Assembly (NCBI GenBank): GCA_010909165.1
Contig: VJWM01000204.1
Span: 124,001 to 188,000 of the forward strand
Source of the DNA: Anthoceros angustus
Taxonomy: Eukaryota; Plantae; Anthocerotophyta
Length of the DNA: 64,000 bases
Direction: 5' to 3'
This document shows, in pieces, positions 11,462-24,200 of the stretch. A program made the translations under genes and the position numbers. The stretch's first letter is position 1. Every line of letters begins with the position of its first letter. Under the pieces are notes generated by a model. It did not search any database and was not told the origin of the DNA. It saw nothing but the letters and a program-made list of their open reading frames with translations.

Positions 11462-12312
11462 GCAAACTCTCCGTTTTTGCGTGGCACCTAGTGTCTTGTT
11501 GGATCCAGTCAGGCTCCCATCACTCACACTTGTGAACGTCCAGCAGCAGGCTGCCCTTGTACAATGCCGTCGGCTTGCAAGCCTGCATCCGACAACCATT
11601 TGCAGGAATTCGTTTCCTTCGCTCACAAACGGTGCCATCAACTGCTTCTTCACCGCTTGGTTCCAATTTCTTTTCTGGACTCCACAGCCACAAGCTATCT
11701 CTTTGGTTATGCCAGAAAAGGAACAATGCACGGCCCTAAACAGCTGTGACATTCATGTCTAAGTAGTCCATAGGATCGGACCCTTCCAAGCTATTGTCAA
11801 TTCACCCGCTTCGCACTGGTGGGCCGTGACTCGCTCTACAAATGAGTTAGCAAGGCGGCCTACAAAAAAAGGGCTCTAAGATTTGCGCTCGCAAGACCTA
11901 AACTAGGCATATCAGACCTTGCCGCTCGCGGACGCAGCGAGCGGCCAGTACCAGAAATAACCTACATGGTACAATTTGGAACCGAATGGATATATAAGGA
12001 CCTCATCCGCACCCCGATGGCCAGCGCTGCACATGCCATGCACTTGCACTTCAACAGAGACAATCCACTCCCTAGTAACAGCGCCCACGCCCATGCCACT
12101 CCAAAGTGAGAGCTCTCAGGTCAGTGACATTCCACACTCCACGTGAAGGAAGCCGCAGTGAAGCTCAGCATTCATCTTGCACAATCGGGTGTCATCCGCA
12201 AACCAGTGGCCTGCCAACCAAATTGGGCACCCCAGCATGCGCAGGCAGGTGCATGTGCCGGAGCTTGTCGCACTGGCTGCCGGTAGATATGCAAAACAGG
12301 GCCCGGCAACCG

Positions 12313-14142
12313 CTACCTCATAGCAACGATCAACTCATCCGAGTAAGCTACTTCGCCACTCTGTGTACTTGCCAAAGGCATGTCATCCAGATCCGTGAAG
12401 TGATACTTCTCTCCAATGGCTCTCAACAGATTGTACACCTCAAACATGGATGGCCGATCCTTGGGCGGAGATAAGGTGCAGTTACATGCAACCTTTAAAA
12501 CCTGCTTCACCTCCTCATCCACACCCGTATTCATCAGAGTGCTATCCAGGGCATCCATCACTCGGCCCTGGTTAGACAGCACAATAATCCACTCCACCAG
12601 GTTCCCCCTGAACTCATCCACCAGCACATCCACTGGCATCTGTCCCGTCACCAGCTCCAACAGAACTACCCCAAAACTATAAACATCCCCCTTCACAGTT
12701 GCAACCAGGGTTCGCAGATACTCTGGAGCTACGTATCCCACGTCACCAAAGTCCCCATTGATGAATGTGCTGATGTGAGTATCCACAGGATTCATCAACC
12801 TGGCAAGACCGAAGTCAGTGATCCTAGGATCAAAATCATCATCCAGGAGAATGCAACTGGCACTGATGTTCCGATGGATGATGCGGGGATTGCAGCTGTG
12901 ATGAAGCCAAGCAAGGCCCCGTGCTGATCCGATAGCAATTCTCACTCGAGTTGGCCAGTCAAGGCTAGCTCCTGAGTGTAACTGCTCTCGAAGGTTTCCA
13001 TTCCTCATGTGCTTATACACGAGAAGCTTCTCCCCGTTTGCGACACAGTACCCAAGCAACGGCACAAGATTCCGGTGCTTCAACATACCCAGAGTATCCA
13101 TCTCTGCCCTAAACTGCCTGTCTGTGTGAGCACTCATCTGGAGCCTCTTGATGGCCATGACAGAGCCATCCGGAAAAGTTGCCTTGTACACAGTGCCTGT
13201 CCTGCCCGACCCGATGATATTGCTCTTGCTGAAGTCATTGGTAGCTGCCATCAGGTCTGCCAACTTGATCTTGTTGATGGGTTTCTCAAACATGGACACT
13301 ACGACGGATCTAGGGGCATCCCTCACCCACCTGTTTTCATCCCTATTCTTTGCATCGGCCCTCCGAGGCTGGCGGCAGTAACATAGCGCACAGTACAGGA
13401 CAATGATCGAGATGAGAAAAGCAACCCCGACGCCTCCGGCAGCAACGCCTATGATGAGGGACTTGCTGCTACTTGCACGATCCCCTGCAGTGCAGCCATC
13501 ACTCAGAGGAGGGCCACAAAGATCTGTCCCAAGGAAGGAGTCCTTGGCAAAGGAGGTGAAATTCCGCGCGCTGGAATTGGTGAAGGAAGAGGGGATCAGC
13601 CCCGTCAACTTGCTATTGTAGGAGACATTGAACTCCTTTAGCCTGCTAAGTTCTCCAATGCCATACGGGAGAGTCCCGTTTAGTAAGTTACTCTGCAGTT
13701 TGAGAACGTTGAGAAACTGGCAGCTGGAGAGCTCAGACGGAATAGGCCCTGTGAACCTGTTGTTGGACAAGTCCAAGGAAACCATGTTAGGCACATCCGA
13801 ACAGATGGTACTGGGAATAACCGAGGTGAAGCCATTATTGGACAGATCCAGTGACGTGAGCGAGGAGCAATTCTTGAGGCCTTCCGGAAAACTCCCACGC
13901 AGTCCCACATTCTGCAGATTGAGGTTATAGACGTCATTCCCATCGGGCGGATGCAGGCACGTCACCCCATACCACTCGCATATCTTGGGAGACTGTTTTA
14001 TATCCCAATTGGATAGGTAATTCTCCGGATCCTCCACCGAGCTCTTGATCGCCTCCAGGCACGCTGCATCCTGCTGCGCCGAGTAGCTTAGAATCGGCAG
14101 CAGCAGCGCGGAAATCGCCAGCAGAGCAATGCTCCTCGCCAT
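12313..14142 (-). CDS. LRR receptor-like (pseudo)kinase of the BIR/LRR-Xa type, intronless
   Basis: Signal peptide, LRRNT (CEWYGVTC), about 5 LRRs, DLCGPPL, one TM, then a kinase with GSGRTGTVYKA, MAIKRL, HRNISASCILLD (HRD replaced by HRN) and ITDFGLARL, as in BIR proteins. Confidence 0.85.
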   Translation of the reverse strand: MARSIALLAISALLLPILSYSAQQDAACLEAIKSSVEDPENYLSNWDIKQSPKICEWYGVTCLHPPDGNDVYNLNLQNVGLRGSFPEGLKNCSSLTSLDLSNNGFTSVIPSTICSDVPNMVSLDLSNNRFTGPIPSELSSCQFLNVLKLQSNLLNGTLPYGIGELSRLKEFNVSYNSKLTGLIPSSFTNSSARNFTSFAKDSFLGTDLCGPPLSDGCTAGDRASSSKSLIIGVAAGGVGVAFLISIIVLYCALCYCRQPRRADAKNRDENRWVRDAPRSVVVSMFEKPINKIKLADLMAATNDFSKSNIIGSGRTGTVYKATFPDGSVMAIKRLQMSAHTDRQFRAEMDTLGMLKHRNLVPLLGYCVANGEKLLVYKHMRNGNLREQLHSGASLDWPTRVRIAIGSARGLAWLHHSCNPRIIHRNISASCILLDDDFDPRITDFGLARLMNPVDTHISTFINGDFGDVGYVAPEYLRTLVATVKGDVYSFGVVLLELVTGQMPVDVLVDEFRGNLVEWIIVLSNQGRVMDALDSTLMNTGVDEEVKQVLKVACNCTLSPPKDRPSMFEVYNLLRAIGEKYHFTDLDDMPLASTQSGEVAYSDELIVAMR

Positions 14143-15746
14143 GGCCAACGGTGCAGACTCCGGAACCCGAGTGACTACACACGTCCCGCTCACAGCAACA
14201 CCTCCTCCTCTGCCGGCCACTCCTCCCCCTCCTACCGCATCTTAACCGCGTCCAGCAGCCACACTACACTTCCTCCTTCCTCCCACCCCGCTTTCCAGAC
14301 CGCAAGCTCGCCCTCCCCACCCTAGAGGTAGCGCTGCCTGCCTCGGTGCCCTTAGTCACATCTGCCCCGACCAGCAAGAAGAGGAGCAGCCAAGTGTCAG
14401 ACACGGCCCGGGAGCCAGATCAAGCACTGACAACCTCCGCTGCCATCCTAAACCCTCCAATTGCACGTCCGTACAGCAGGAGCACCAGATCTGGCGCGCA
14501 AGAAGCGGGTGAAGCAGGCTCACCAATGCAGGGCCCCGGAGAGTGAGCCACAGGGCAAGAAGCAGGCCCGCGCACCGGATCTCGCCAAGCCGCCTCCCTC
14601 CCTCAAGCCGGAGGCAGCTCAAGCTCAAGCTCAAGCTCAAGCTCAGGCTCCAGCTCCGACTCCCGCCCGATCACGGCCGGGCCCCTCAGGCGCAGCGAGC
14701 TCCAGTGCACCGGCCCCTCAGGCGCGCACCGGAGCAGGCACAGGCACAGGCACAGGCACAGGGCTGTCAGCCGCAGGCGCGCCCAGCCGACAAGGCAGGT
14801 GAAGGAGAGGCTCCTGAGGCGGAGAAGGCGGCCATGCCGGGGGCAACACGAGCCTCTGAGAGCGGCAGCAGGCAAGCACGGCTGTTGCTGGAGAGAGTCA
14901 CCTCGGCACACTGCTCTTGAAGCTGCTGCCGGCTGGAGATGCAGGAGCCCACAGCGGCAGCGCAGAAGCGGAGCTCGAACGGGCCGAGGGGGAAGCTCCG
15001 GGACGGTTGACACACAGTCAAGCGTGTTGGGGCCCCCACTGCCCACTGCCCCACTGCCCCGGCCCCCACCTACTTTACTCACATTACGTGCCGGCCACTA
15101 GCAAACTCGCACTCCCTTGCCCGAACTATGTAGGTTCCTCTAAAAACCAGATATTTGTGTTTCTCCCACGCTCCCACCACGACCATCGTCACCTACCTTC
15201 AACTTCCTCGTGCCAATGATGCAGCATTCACGCCTGCATCATCCCCATTCTTTCCATGTTTCAATATGGAGTTTCTCTGACATTGTTTTCTAGTATGTTT
15301 TTGTCACTTTTATTTATAAAACACCAACTTCAACAAAACTTCTCATGGGCTCCAACGCAAGCCTTTGGCACTCCCGAGGCCCCCAACTCTAGTGTATTAG
15401 AGTGCATGTTCCTCCAACCGTGATATCAACTCAATTCAGAGGCTTACAAAGGGTTTTGAATCAACGCTCCTTATGCAAGCCGGAGCCATGAGATAAAGAC
15501 ACATGTTTTGTCGGGATAAGAGAAAAAAGGAGGACCCGCGGCCGACGGGAGGGTCCCAACAGGTTGCATTCTGGGAAACAACTGTACGAGAGATCAACAA
15601 CACCCGAGTTTCCACATCTTTACAAATCGAGCCCTCATTTAAAGCCACGGGCGAGCCGTTTTGAGTGCGTAACCTACACGCGACTCGAGATGGAAGGTTT
15701 GACGGGTGAAATTCAAGGCGCCGGACAACTGACAACGGAGGAAATG

Positions 15747-17061
15747 CTACGCTGTCGCCGCGGCTTGACACTCGATGTTGGCCACCAAGTCTTGGTGCTC
15801 TTTGCAGCCTACGAGCTGTAGCTGCATTTGCCGGTAGCTCCGCTCCACCAGGTTGCTCTCCGCCGGAACCGGGTGGGCAAACATCTTGGCTGCAGCTGCA
15901 ATTCGTGCACGGGCTTCCAGAATCCTGTCGTACGGCACCCTTTTCTGCCGGACGGCTCTCACCAGGGCTTCGATGGCGGATAGTTGGAGATCCTTCTTCT
16001 TGCTCACCACCACCATGTCCACTCCTGCGGCGACGGCTTCTACAGCAGCTCGGGCAACCTGATAGTTTTTGGCTATGGCGCCCATCTCCAGGCAGTCAGA
16101 GAGAATGAGGCCCTCGAAGTGGAGTTGTTGGCGCAAGTAGGACACCGCGACGCTGCTCATGCTGGCGGGGAGGTGCTGTGCGGCCCCTGTCAAGGCCGGG
16201 ACGTCGATGTGGCCGACCATCACAGCCGCGACATCAGCTTCCACAGCCTTGGCAAAGGGAGGAAGCTCCACCTGCTGCAGCCTGGGGAGGTTGTGGAGCA
16301 GGAGTGGCAGATTCTCGTGGCTGTCGGTGACGGTGTCGCCGTGGCCCGGGAAATGCTTAGCGCAGGCAGCCACTCCCTCCCGCTGCAGTGCCCGGATGAA
16401 GGCGTATCCCATCTCCGACACCAGTGCTGGGGAGCTGCCGAAGGAACGTGTGGCTATCACTTGGTTCTTTGGGTTGGTGTCCACGTCCACTACAGGGGCC
16501 AGGTTCATGTCTATGCCAACAGCCCGGAGCTCCTTGCCCAGCACACATCCTATAGCCGCTGCAGCTTGTGAGTCCCCGGTGCTTCCGATGACTCTGGCAG
16601 AAGGAATCCGTGTAAACGGAGGCCCAAACCTCGTGACCAGCCCCCCTTCTTGATCTACCATGGTGAGCAGTTCTTGAGGGCCTGCCTCCCGCTTCAGCTC
16701 ACCACACAGGTGCTCAATCTAACCAGGCGGGGAGGGACACACAGCCAGGTTACTTTCAGCAACGAATAAGCGATGCAAGGAGGCCAGTAGCACAATCGGC
16801 ACACACCTGATCAAGATCCTTCATATTCCTGTGAAACAGAATCACCCCACCAGCGCCTGGAAATATGCACAACAGACATGAACATGGCCCGACAGGCCAA
16901 GCAAATTGCTCAAAGTGACAAGGCAATGTGCTCTACCAACTACCTCTAGCAATAAGCGCCCGCGCATGCGAATTGAGGGATGTGCCCTTGAACCCGAAGA
17001 CAACAAGCTTAGCCACGACCTTTGCAAGCTCTTCATCGTCGACGGGGGCAGGGCTCGACAT
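15747..17061 (-). CDS. GH3 beta-N-acetylhexosaminidase of bacterial NagZ type (single TIM-barrel domain); 3 exons
   Basis: KLVVFGFKG...GAGGVILFHRN, VDQEGGLVTR, GIDMNLAPVVDV, RSFG, KHFPGHGDTVTDSH (NagZ KH-F-PG-H-G...D-S-H dyad) and LILSDCLEMGAI. Confidence 0.85.
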
Positions 17062-17205
17062 GCTTACTACCACATTAGCAAGCCCCGCCCAACGAGCATG
17101 CTCCCCTTCATCCACTAACCCTAAATCCCCGCGCTTGCCAAGGCCAGCGGAATCTGGGTTGATGCCGTCAGACTTTCCCGCCCATGCAGCACACAAGACA
17201 TGGCC

Positions 17206-17628
17206 TCAACCGGGTCCAACTTTGGGGATGTCGTAGTGCTCGCTGAGGTTGGCCAGATACTGGTTGAACTCCTCCACCTTCTGGCGGTGAGACTTGCTGG
17301 CTGTCTTGGCAAGCCTCCGAGCCTCCAGCTTCGCCTTCTGCTCGTCGTACCGCTTCTCTGCAGCCGTGCGGTGGTCTTCCAAGATGGCCAGCTGCCGCTC
17401 GCCCTGCTCCTTGCCCTCCCCTGTGTTCCCTGGTCCGCCACCCTCCGCAGGTACCACCAGTTCCAAACCCTCCTCCGAGACCGTTAGCTGCTGTTGCTGC
17501 TGTTGCTGCAGCAGGAAGCTCTCGTCAGTGCTCAATTTCCTCTTCTTCTTCTTACTGCCACCCGATTTCACATCCAGTGCCTTCCCCTTCAGCTTCAGCC
17601 TTCCTGGGACTATGTTTGCATACGACAT
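17206..17628 (-). CDS. FAM32A: FAM32A (DUF1754) family small nuclear/spliceosome-associated protein, intronless
   Basis: MSYANIVPGRLKLKG...KKKKRK...RTAAEKRYDEQKAK...SHRQKVEEFNQYLANLSEHYDIPKVGPG. Confidence 0.9.
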   Translation of the reverse strand: MSYANIVPGRLKLKGKALDVKSGGSKKKKRKLSTDESFLLQQQQQQQLTVSEEGLELVVPAEGGGPGNTGEGKEQGERQLAILEDHRTAAEKRYDEQKAKLEARRLAKTASKSHRQKVEEFNQYLANLSEHYDIPKVGPG

Positions 17629-18232
17629 GGCGGCTCCAAGCAGAACGGCTCCAGCAATCAAGAGATGAACTCTTTCAAATGGCCCAAAACGAGAATGCCT
17701 TATCTACCAATGCAGATTCAAATATGTACTTCCGCTGTTGTTTGGTTCTTCGCGTCCTCGTGGAATATAAATATTTCAAATATGTTTTCACTATAAAAGG
17801 AAAGACGAACTAAAGTAGGTACCTACGTCATATGAGAAGGAGGCTGCGTTGAGGTGTGTGAGCGACGTCAGTTAGTCTATCCCCGAAACCGGCAATAGGG
17901 CCTAAAGACACCTTCATTAGCTGGTCCTGAAGGGACCGAGGAAAGGCAGCAGTGAGGCACAGACTATTCCTGGTTCACAACGACAGGCTCAAGTTTCAAC
18001 TCCACAGCACACTGAGCGCTCTGAACTCCACTGGTCTTGACTTCATGTCGTCGTTGGCAAATCGATGTTGTTCCCAGATCCAGTTTTAGATGGTCAGTTT
18101 GGACAGTTTTTCCTCAGGACAACCTCCTAGTGAAAATCTCAACACCGGCTGCCTGAAGCCCCAGCTAGCAACATGGCCTGAAACCATCTGCCGCCCCTCT
18201 TCACATGGGTCTGTAACAGATTTGGCCCCATC

Positions 18233-21200
18233 CTATGATCTGCACATTCCAGACCCGATAGCAGAAGACTCCTGCTTTCCTTCTCGGTAGTCGTTCTCTG
18301 CTTTAATCACACCCTGCATCAGCAACAGCACGTAAGCATCCCCCGATGTTTCCCTTTTCCTGCGCAAAGCAGATTCACAAATTCCAGGGTTTTAGCATCT
18401 TACTTCCAAGATCATAATGGCTGCCTTTTTGTTGATCACCTCGTTGTACTCGCTGCAGTCTAGGACCTGCACACAGTTCGGACAACCATGGTCGCTCACG
18501 CATTCGCAGGATGCTAGCAATTCGATAGCCGCCTGGAGTAACTCTGCGAACATCGGCCTTGCCTGCACCAATGAGCAACAAAAGCTGAGACCCTGTCAAT
18601 TGACTTTGATGCACAGCAAGGCCACTGGAGTCGTGACATGACTGGCATGTACCTGCGCAGCAATGCCAATTCCGCCTGGATGTCTGTCATATACTAGCAG
18701 TCTCTCTGGATAGTAGCGGGTGTCATGGGGATTGGCGCATTCCGTCCCCAGATCTGACGGGTTGCACATTATGTATCTGCAACCCCATAGCCACGGCTCA
18801 GAACTTATTTGTCCAGTTTGCGTTAACCAGCAGCTGTCAGGATCGCGATGGCATGGTAAGGGTCATACAATGGCAGCACGTTCAACAGTGCATGGGAGGC
18901 TGCATGTAAGCCCTCCCGGAAGGACAGTTTTGCAGCGTCAAGATCCCATCTGACCTTGTGAGGTACTCGGATCCAAGAAGCCTGAGTCGAGACAAAGCTG
19001 CATTTATTCCTCAAAGCACAAGGGCGTTCACATATCTAGCTTGTACCCATTGAATCATAGCGCGTACAGATAGATTACGAAGCTGACCTGAGATTCATAG
19101 CAGACATCGGGCAAAAACAGTTGCACAGAGTCAAATGTTTGAGAACTCCCTTGCCAAATGCGCCGGAAACCAATCCAGCGAGTAGTCACATTGCACAAGC
19201 TAGCCTGAGCTGTTGTTGAGGGATAATTTGAGTCCTTCACCTTTGTGGGGTATGCCTGAAATGAAGTCGGTCATTGAATATGAAGCCACGCTTGCTATTA
19301 TCAGACAACATTATGACATATCCTCAACTGCTTCAAGGCTTACCAGCTCACCACCCGTAACATTCACGTCAGTAAAGTCCCGAGTCTTTGTGTAGTACTT
19401 CAAATCAGCTTCTCTGCAAATGGCTACCTTGGCTGCAAGGTCTAAGACTTTCACCAGAAAAGTTTTGCCCTGGTGCATGTATACTGCTCCTTCATACACC
19501 TGCAAACTCCTCACGGACGACAAAATTATTGACAGAATTGACAGGAAAGAAATTCCGGAGAACGTCAACGATGCAGGCAGAAAAGTACCTCGAAGAATGC
19601 CTTGTTAGCCTCCACCTCTTCGATAACCTTGTTTGTAGCCTCATTTATCACTGAATACTTTTCTGGATCAATGGCCCTAATGCTGACTGCCTGCGAAGGC
19701 GACTTCTGTGGCATTGAGGCGACAATATTTCAAGAGTTCTACCGTGCGCAAGCTTTGCTTTGAAGGACAAAGACCAGCATCTGACAGAAAAGTCATGCAG
19801 CTCAGGATTGAAAATTTCACACTCCACCAGCCAAATGTTCTTACCACCTCCCCGATGTATCGCCATGATTCATCTGTTGGCCCGTTCTGTGGATGTCGAC
19901 CAATCAATCCTTGCTTCATGAGCTTCAATATGATGGCTTGCAGTCCAGAACCAAAGTACTCCTCATCATAAGCTACATGCAGGGGAAACTCTGCAGCTGC
20001 ACATGAGACCTGCTGCTCCAAGACCTGCAAGTAACAACTTCAGTTCAACATTCATACATAGTGTCAGGACCAGAGGTCCAACAACTGCCATAACTTTGAC
20101 AGAAACCTGGTGATTCTGAGCATCGACTTGTGCATTTTCCAGTGGTCGGGAGAAAAGCTTCATTGGATTCTTCATAAAGTGTTGATCTAGGGGACCTCCA
20201 AAAGCAACGTAAATTGAAAGTGAAGGCTTTTCTCTTCTTCCAGCTCGGCCAGATTGCTGCCACAAACTGTTCACAGAAATGAGAGTGCAGATAAAGAGCG
20301 CTGGCAGCAGTCCATCAGAGGATAATGCACTAGACAAAATTGAGCAAGTAGATGGACCTGGCTACGGTTCCTGGAAATCCAAGGTGCAAAGTTGCATCAA
20401 GGCTGCCTACATCCACCCCGAGTTCAAGGGCATTTGTCGCTGCCACTGCTCGCAGTTTCCCACCGAATAAGTCGCTTTCAATAGCCCGACGATCCTAGAA
20501 CAATCAGAAGTCTTCAATTTTCCCCCTACATCAACATTATCTTCAGGAAAAAGTTGAATAGGTTGAAAATGACAAGCACCTCAGCAGTGTATCCTGATCG
20601 GTATGCTCGAATAGTGCTAATCAAGTCAGGGGCTGTTTCTTTTAGGATTTCCCTTCTGTAAAAAAGAAAATGTCATATCACTGATCAGGATTAGATATAT
20701 AAGCTGCAAGTTTACCATCATTGAAAAGCAAGAATTCTTATCAGCAAGGTCTTACGTGTAGTTGTGCACCAGCTCGCACAATTTACGTGTTTTGCAGAAT
20801 GCAATACAGCGTAAACCATGTTGTACCATCTCTGCCAAAAGCGTTGCTACCTCAACAATTGGACTGTAATGAGTATGCATACAGTCACCTAGATGCATTT
20901 AGTACTGAAAGCGGTTGTCCTGGTTGTACAATTTGCTGCCAGAATGAAAACTGGAAAATTAAGACAGAAGCACTATAGATCTAATTCAGGATGTGAAGTG
21001 GGAACACCTTGCTCGTCTCATTTGAGGAGTAGCCTCTCCACGGCCTCTGTTTTGATTATTTCTTTGAGGAACACTTCGTGGAGGCTGCAGTGGCAACATT
21101 AGAATTTGGCACCCCAATTCGCATATAATCTCGAAGCATTGATAAGGTTTTGAACACCCCAAAATAATGTCAACAAGAGTGAACTACTTAGTTTCGATGG

Positions 21201-24200
21201 AGCATGAGAAAGCAACTGAGATGAGAACATACTGGAGTGAAAACGATTGGAGGATTCCAAAAAGCGAAAAGCTTTTCACCACAAGGGCTTCCATCATTCT
21301 CTACCACATGGATGTCCCTAAGGCCAACAAGTTCCTGCAAGTGGATAAAATGCAAGACGCTCACTTTGCTGGTTGACCGACAAAATATGCATAAAACCCA
21401 TGGAATCTGCAGGATTACAAACAATTTTCACAATGCGTCCATGGGTAAACAGCAGACCATTGCATGTTCACGAGGATTGGCCACTGTGGCACTGCATATG
21501 ATGAATGTCAGTTCGGCTCCATATGCTGCAAAACAGAAGTACACGAGTCAAAAGCTTGCTCTGTTTCAACACGTCAGCCAGATTTGTGTGCTTTCCTGGA
21601 GGTCAGAAAAGCAAAAACAAATCTCACAGTGATGACAAAGACGCCGCAGTCGCCTCAGAATTATTGCTGTATGGCAGCCAAATGCTCCTCGGTATGCATG
21701 TGCTTCATCAACCACCACATATCTGCACACATGCACAAATTGTGACACACAATGCTGAGCCACTGCAGGCCCTTCTCTACACTTCGAGTTCATAGGAATC
21801 CATGCTATGATGAGTTCACATACCTCAGGTTTGATAGAAACCGATGAAATTGTTCATGTGAAGGTAAAAGTCCGACATGCAACATGTCTGGATTTGTGAT
21901 CAGCTGTCAAGCATCACCCGCTGACATGAGAGACAGCATCAGCCATAAGCGCTTTATTACATGGCATGTATATGCATTGATCTGCTGGGTGAGCCATGCA
22001 TAAGTCTGAGAAGTGTAAAGATATTCAAGCAAACAGAAACAGGTTCTGCAACATCAACTTGAAAAGTGAAGGAGTACCCAGGGGGGTTATCATATTACAT
22101 ACAAGCCTTGCACAGTCTCGGAGCTTCAGTCGTTGATCTTGATGAGTATCACCATCATACACCCCCATGTGAATAACAGGCACCATTCCTTCTGTCATCT
22201 CTTGCAAAGCTCGTAGTTGATCTTGTGCTAATGCCTGTGGGTCAATAGCTGTCCCTTAGCAGTCGCTGTTGTTACTGGTGGAGTGACAGACAGCAGGGGA
22301 AGAAGAAACGTAGCAAGGGTCCTCTAGTCTACATTACCCCTCCACCAAAACATGTCGTCAACGAATAGATTTCATGCAGAGCAGGTGACACCTCAAAAAA
22401 GAGTGTCAGCTTTGCGTTGTACCTTGGTGGGAAATAAGTACAAGGCACACGAATGTGGGTTGGCAACAAGTTCCTCCAAAATAGGAATATTGTAACATAA
22501 GGACTTGCCACTTGCTGTTGATGTTGCAATGATGACACTCTGCCTAGAAGTTGCTATATTGATTGCTTGTGCCTGCACAACGCATCAAATAAAGGGTTGC
22601 TGCAAAGTATACCAAGCATTCTCCCACCACAATTCAAGTCATAGAACCTTCATAAGTACCTAAATGCTAAAGGCAACAGCAATACCTGATGGCTGTAAAA
22701 TCTAGTGATACCATAGCGCTTAACTGCAGCAGCAACTGAATCAGACAACCTAATATTCAAGCTCCCATAGGACGCTACACGAGGACTCAAGTGCTGGCAA
22801 TGCACAACCTGCACAACAGTCATAAGACTGAGAGAGCAGTCAAAATCTATCCGGATTCGCCAGACTGCAGAAGAAGGACAAGCCCAACCTGGCCCAGCGC
22901 CCCAGCACCCTGCTTCAGATGTTCTAACATCTCAACTGCCGAAAGCTCGTTGACATCCTGTAGAAGGAGTTGAAGGAAACCTACATGTCAAACTGGACAC
23001 ATCCAATAGCTTTCTGGAAAAGAATGGGAAAAACTATCCGAATAAGACTCGATTGAGTTTGACAGGCACTAACCATGCAGCGAATGAGCTGCTTGTGAAG
23101 CCGAGGTGGTCTTGGAAGAGCCGACTGCTTTGCACACTCTGTATCTATGTTTGCAGATACTTTTCCCGCAGCATCTAAAAGCCCATCTAAAGTAACCCTA
23201 TCCAGTGTAAAGTTTTCATCTGTCTGAACTTGGTAACATTAACATTACGACGATTCAAGGGGATGCTGCAGGTACATCACAAAAGAATCATCAAAGAATC
23301 ATAAAACTTGAGGACATCACAGCAAATGTTTAGGACCTGCAGAATGTTGAGAAGTTGAAGGATTGCTGCCTGGAATGCTTTCTGACGTCTTTTGATAAGA
23401 GCATTTGTGACTCTCTCCGAGATCTGCTTCCCAGCTGCAAATAATTTTGGACAAAATTTTCAATCAAGCTGTAGCACAACAAGACTTTTCACATAAAAAG
23501 TAGCCCAGCAAGTCTTGGGTGCCAAGTTTCACCACTAACCTCCTGCGCTGGGCATGACATCTTCGGGGCCTATCTGCTCAAAGTCAGTAGCCAAAATAGC
23601 TTTGGTACTGTGCAGCTCTTCATGCTGCTTGAGCTTGTTGGGGTCTAATAAATCGACGTTGAAAGAAACATCATCTCCCTCCCCTGAAAGATTGCTGATT
23701 ATGACAAGCTGTGTAGTAACAACAGGTTGAACACCTGTGTCAATCTGGGAATTACTACAAGAAAACAACTCCGACATCTGTGCTGCAAACTGGCTGAAAG
23801 AGCATCTTACCCTGGGACAGAGACTAGCCAGGTTATGGACATCACTTGGAACAACTCCCTCATCTTTCAAAGTGCTTAGGGGCTGAATAGCCTCCTTGAC
23901 ATTCCTCCATGTGGGTTGCATGTGCTGTTTTTGCAAAAATGCGCAGACAGTATTGAGAGCAGTGAAAACAGAGTTCAGACGTTCCAACAAGTCTGGCATT
24001 GGGGCATCAAACATTGCCCGAGAGTAGGCCTTTCTCTGTTTTTTCTCTCTCTGAGCTGGTGCCTGGGTACGTCGACTTGCCAGTTCCTCATCATAGGAGC
24101 TACTGTCTCCTGTCTCCGATGCCACAGGCATTCCCACATGAAGCAAGTTTCCAGACAATATCTTTCTCCTTTTCCGGATCGGTTCATCTGGAGCACTCTG

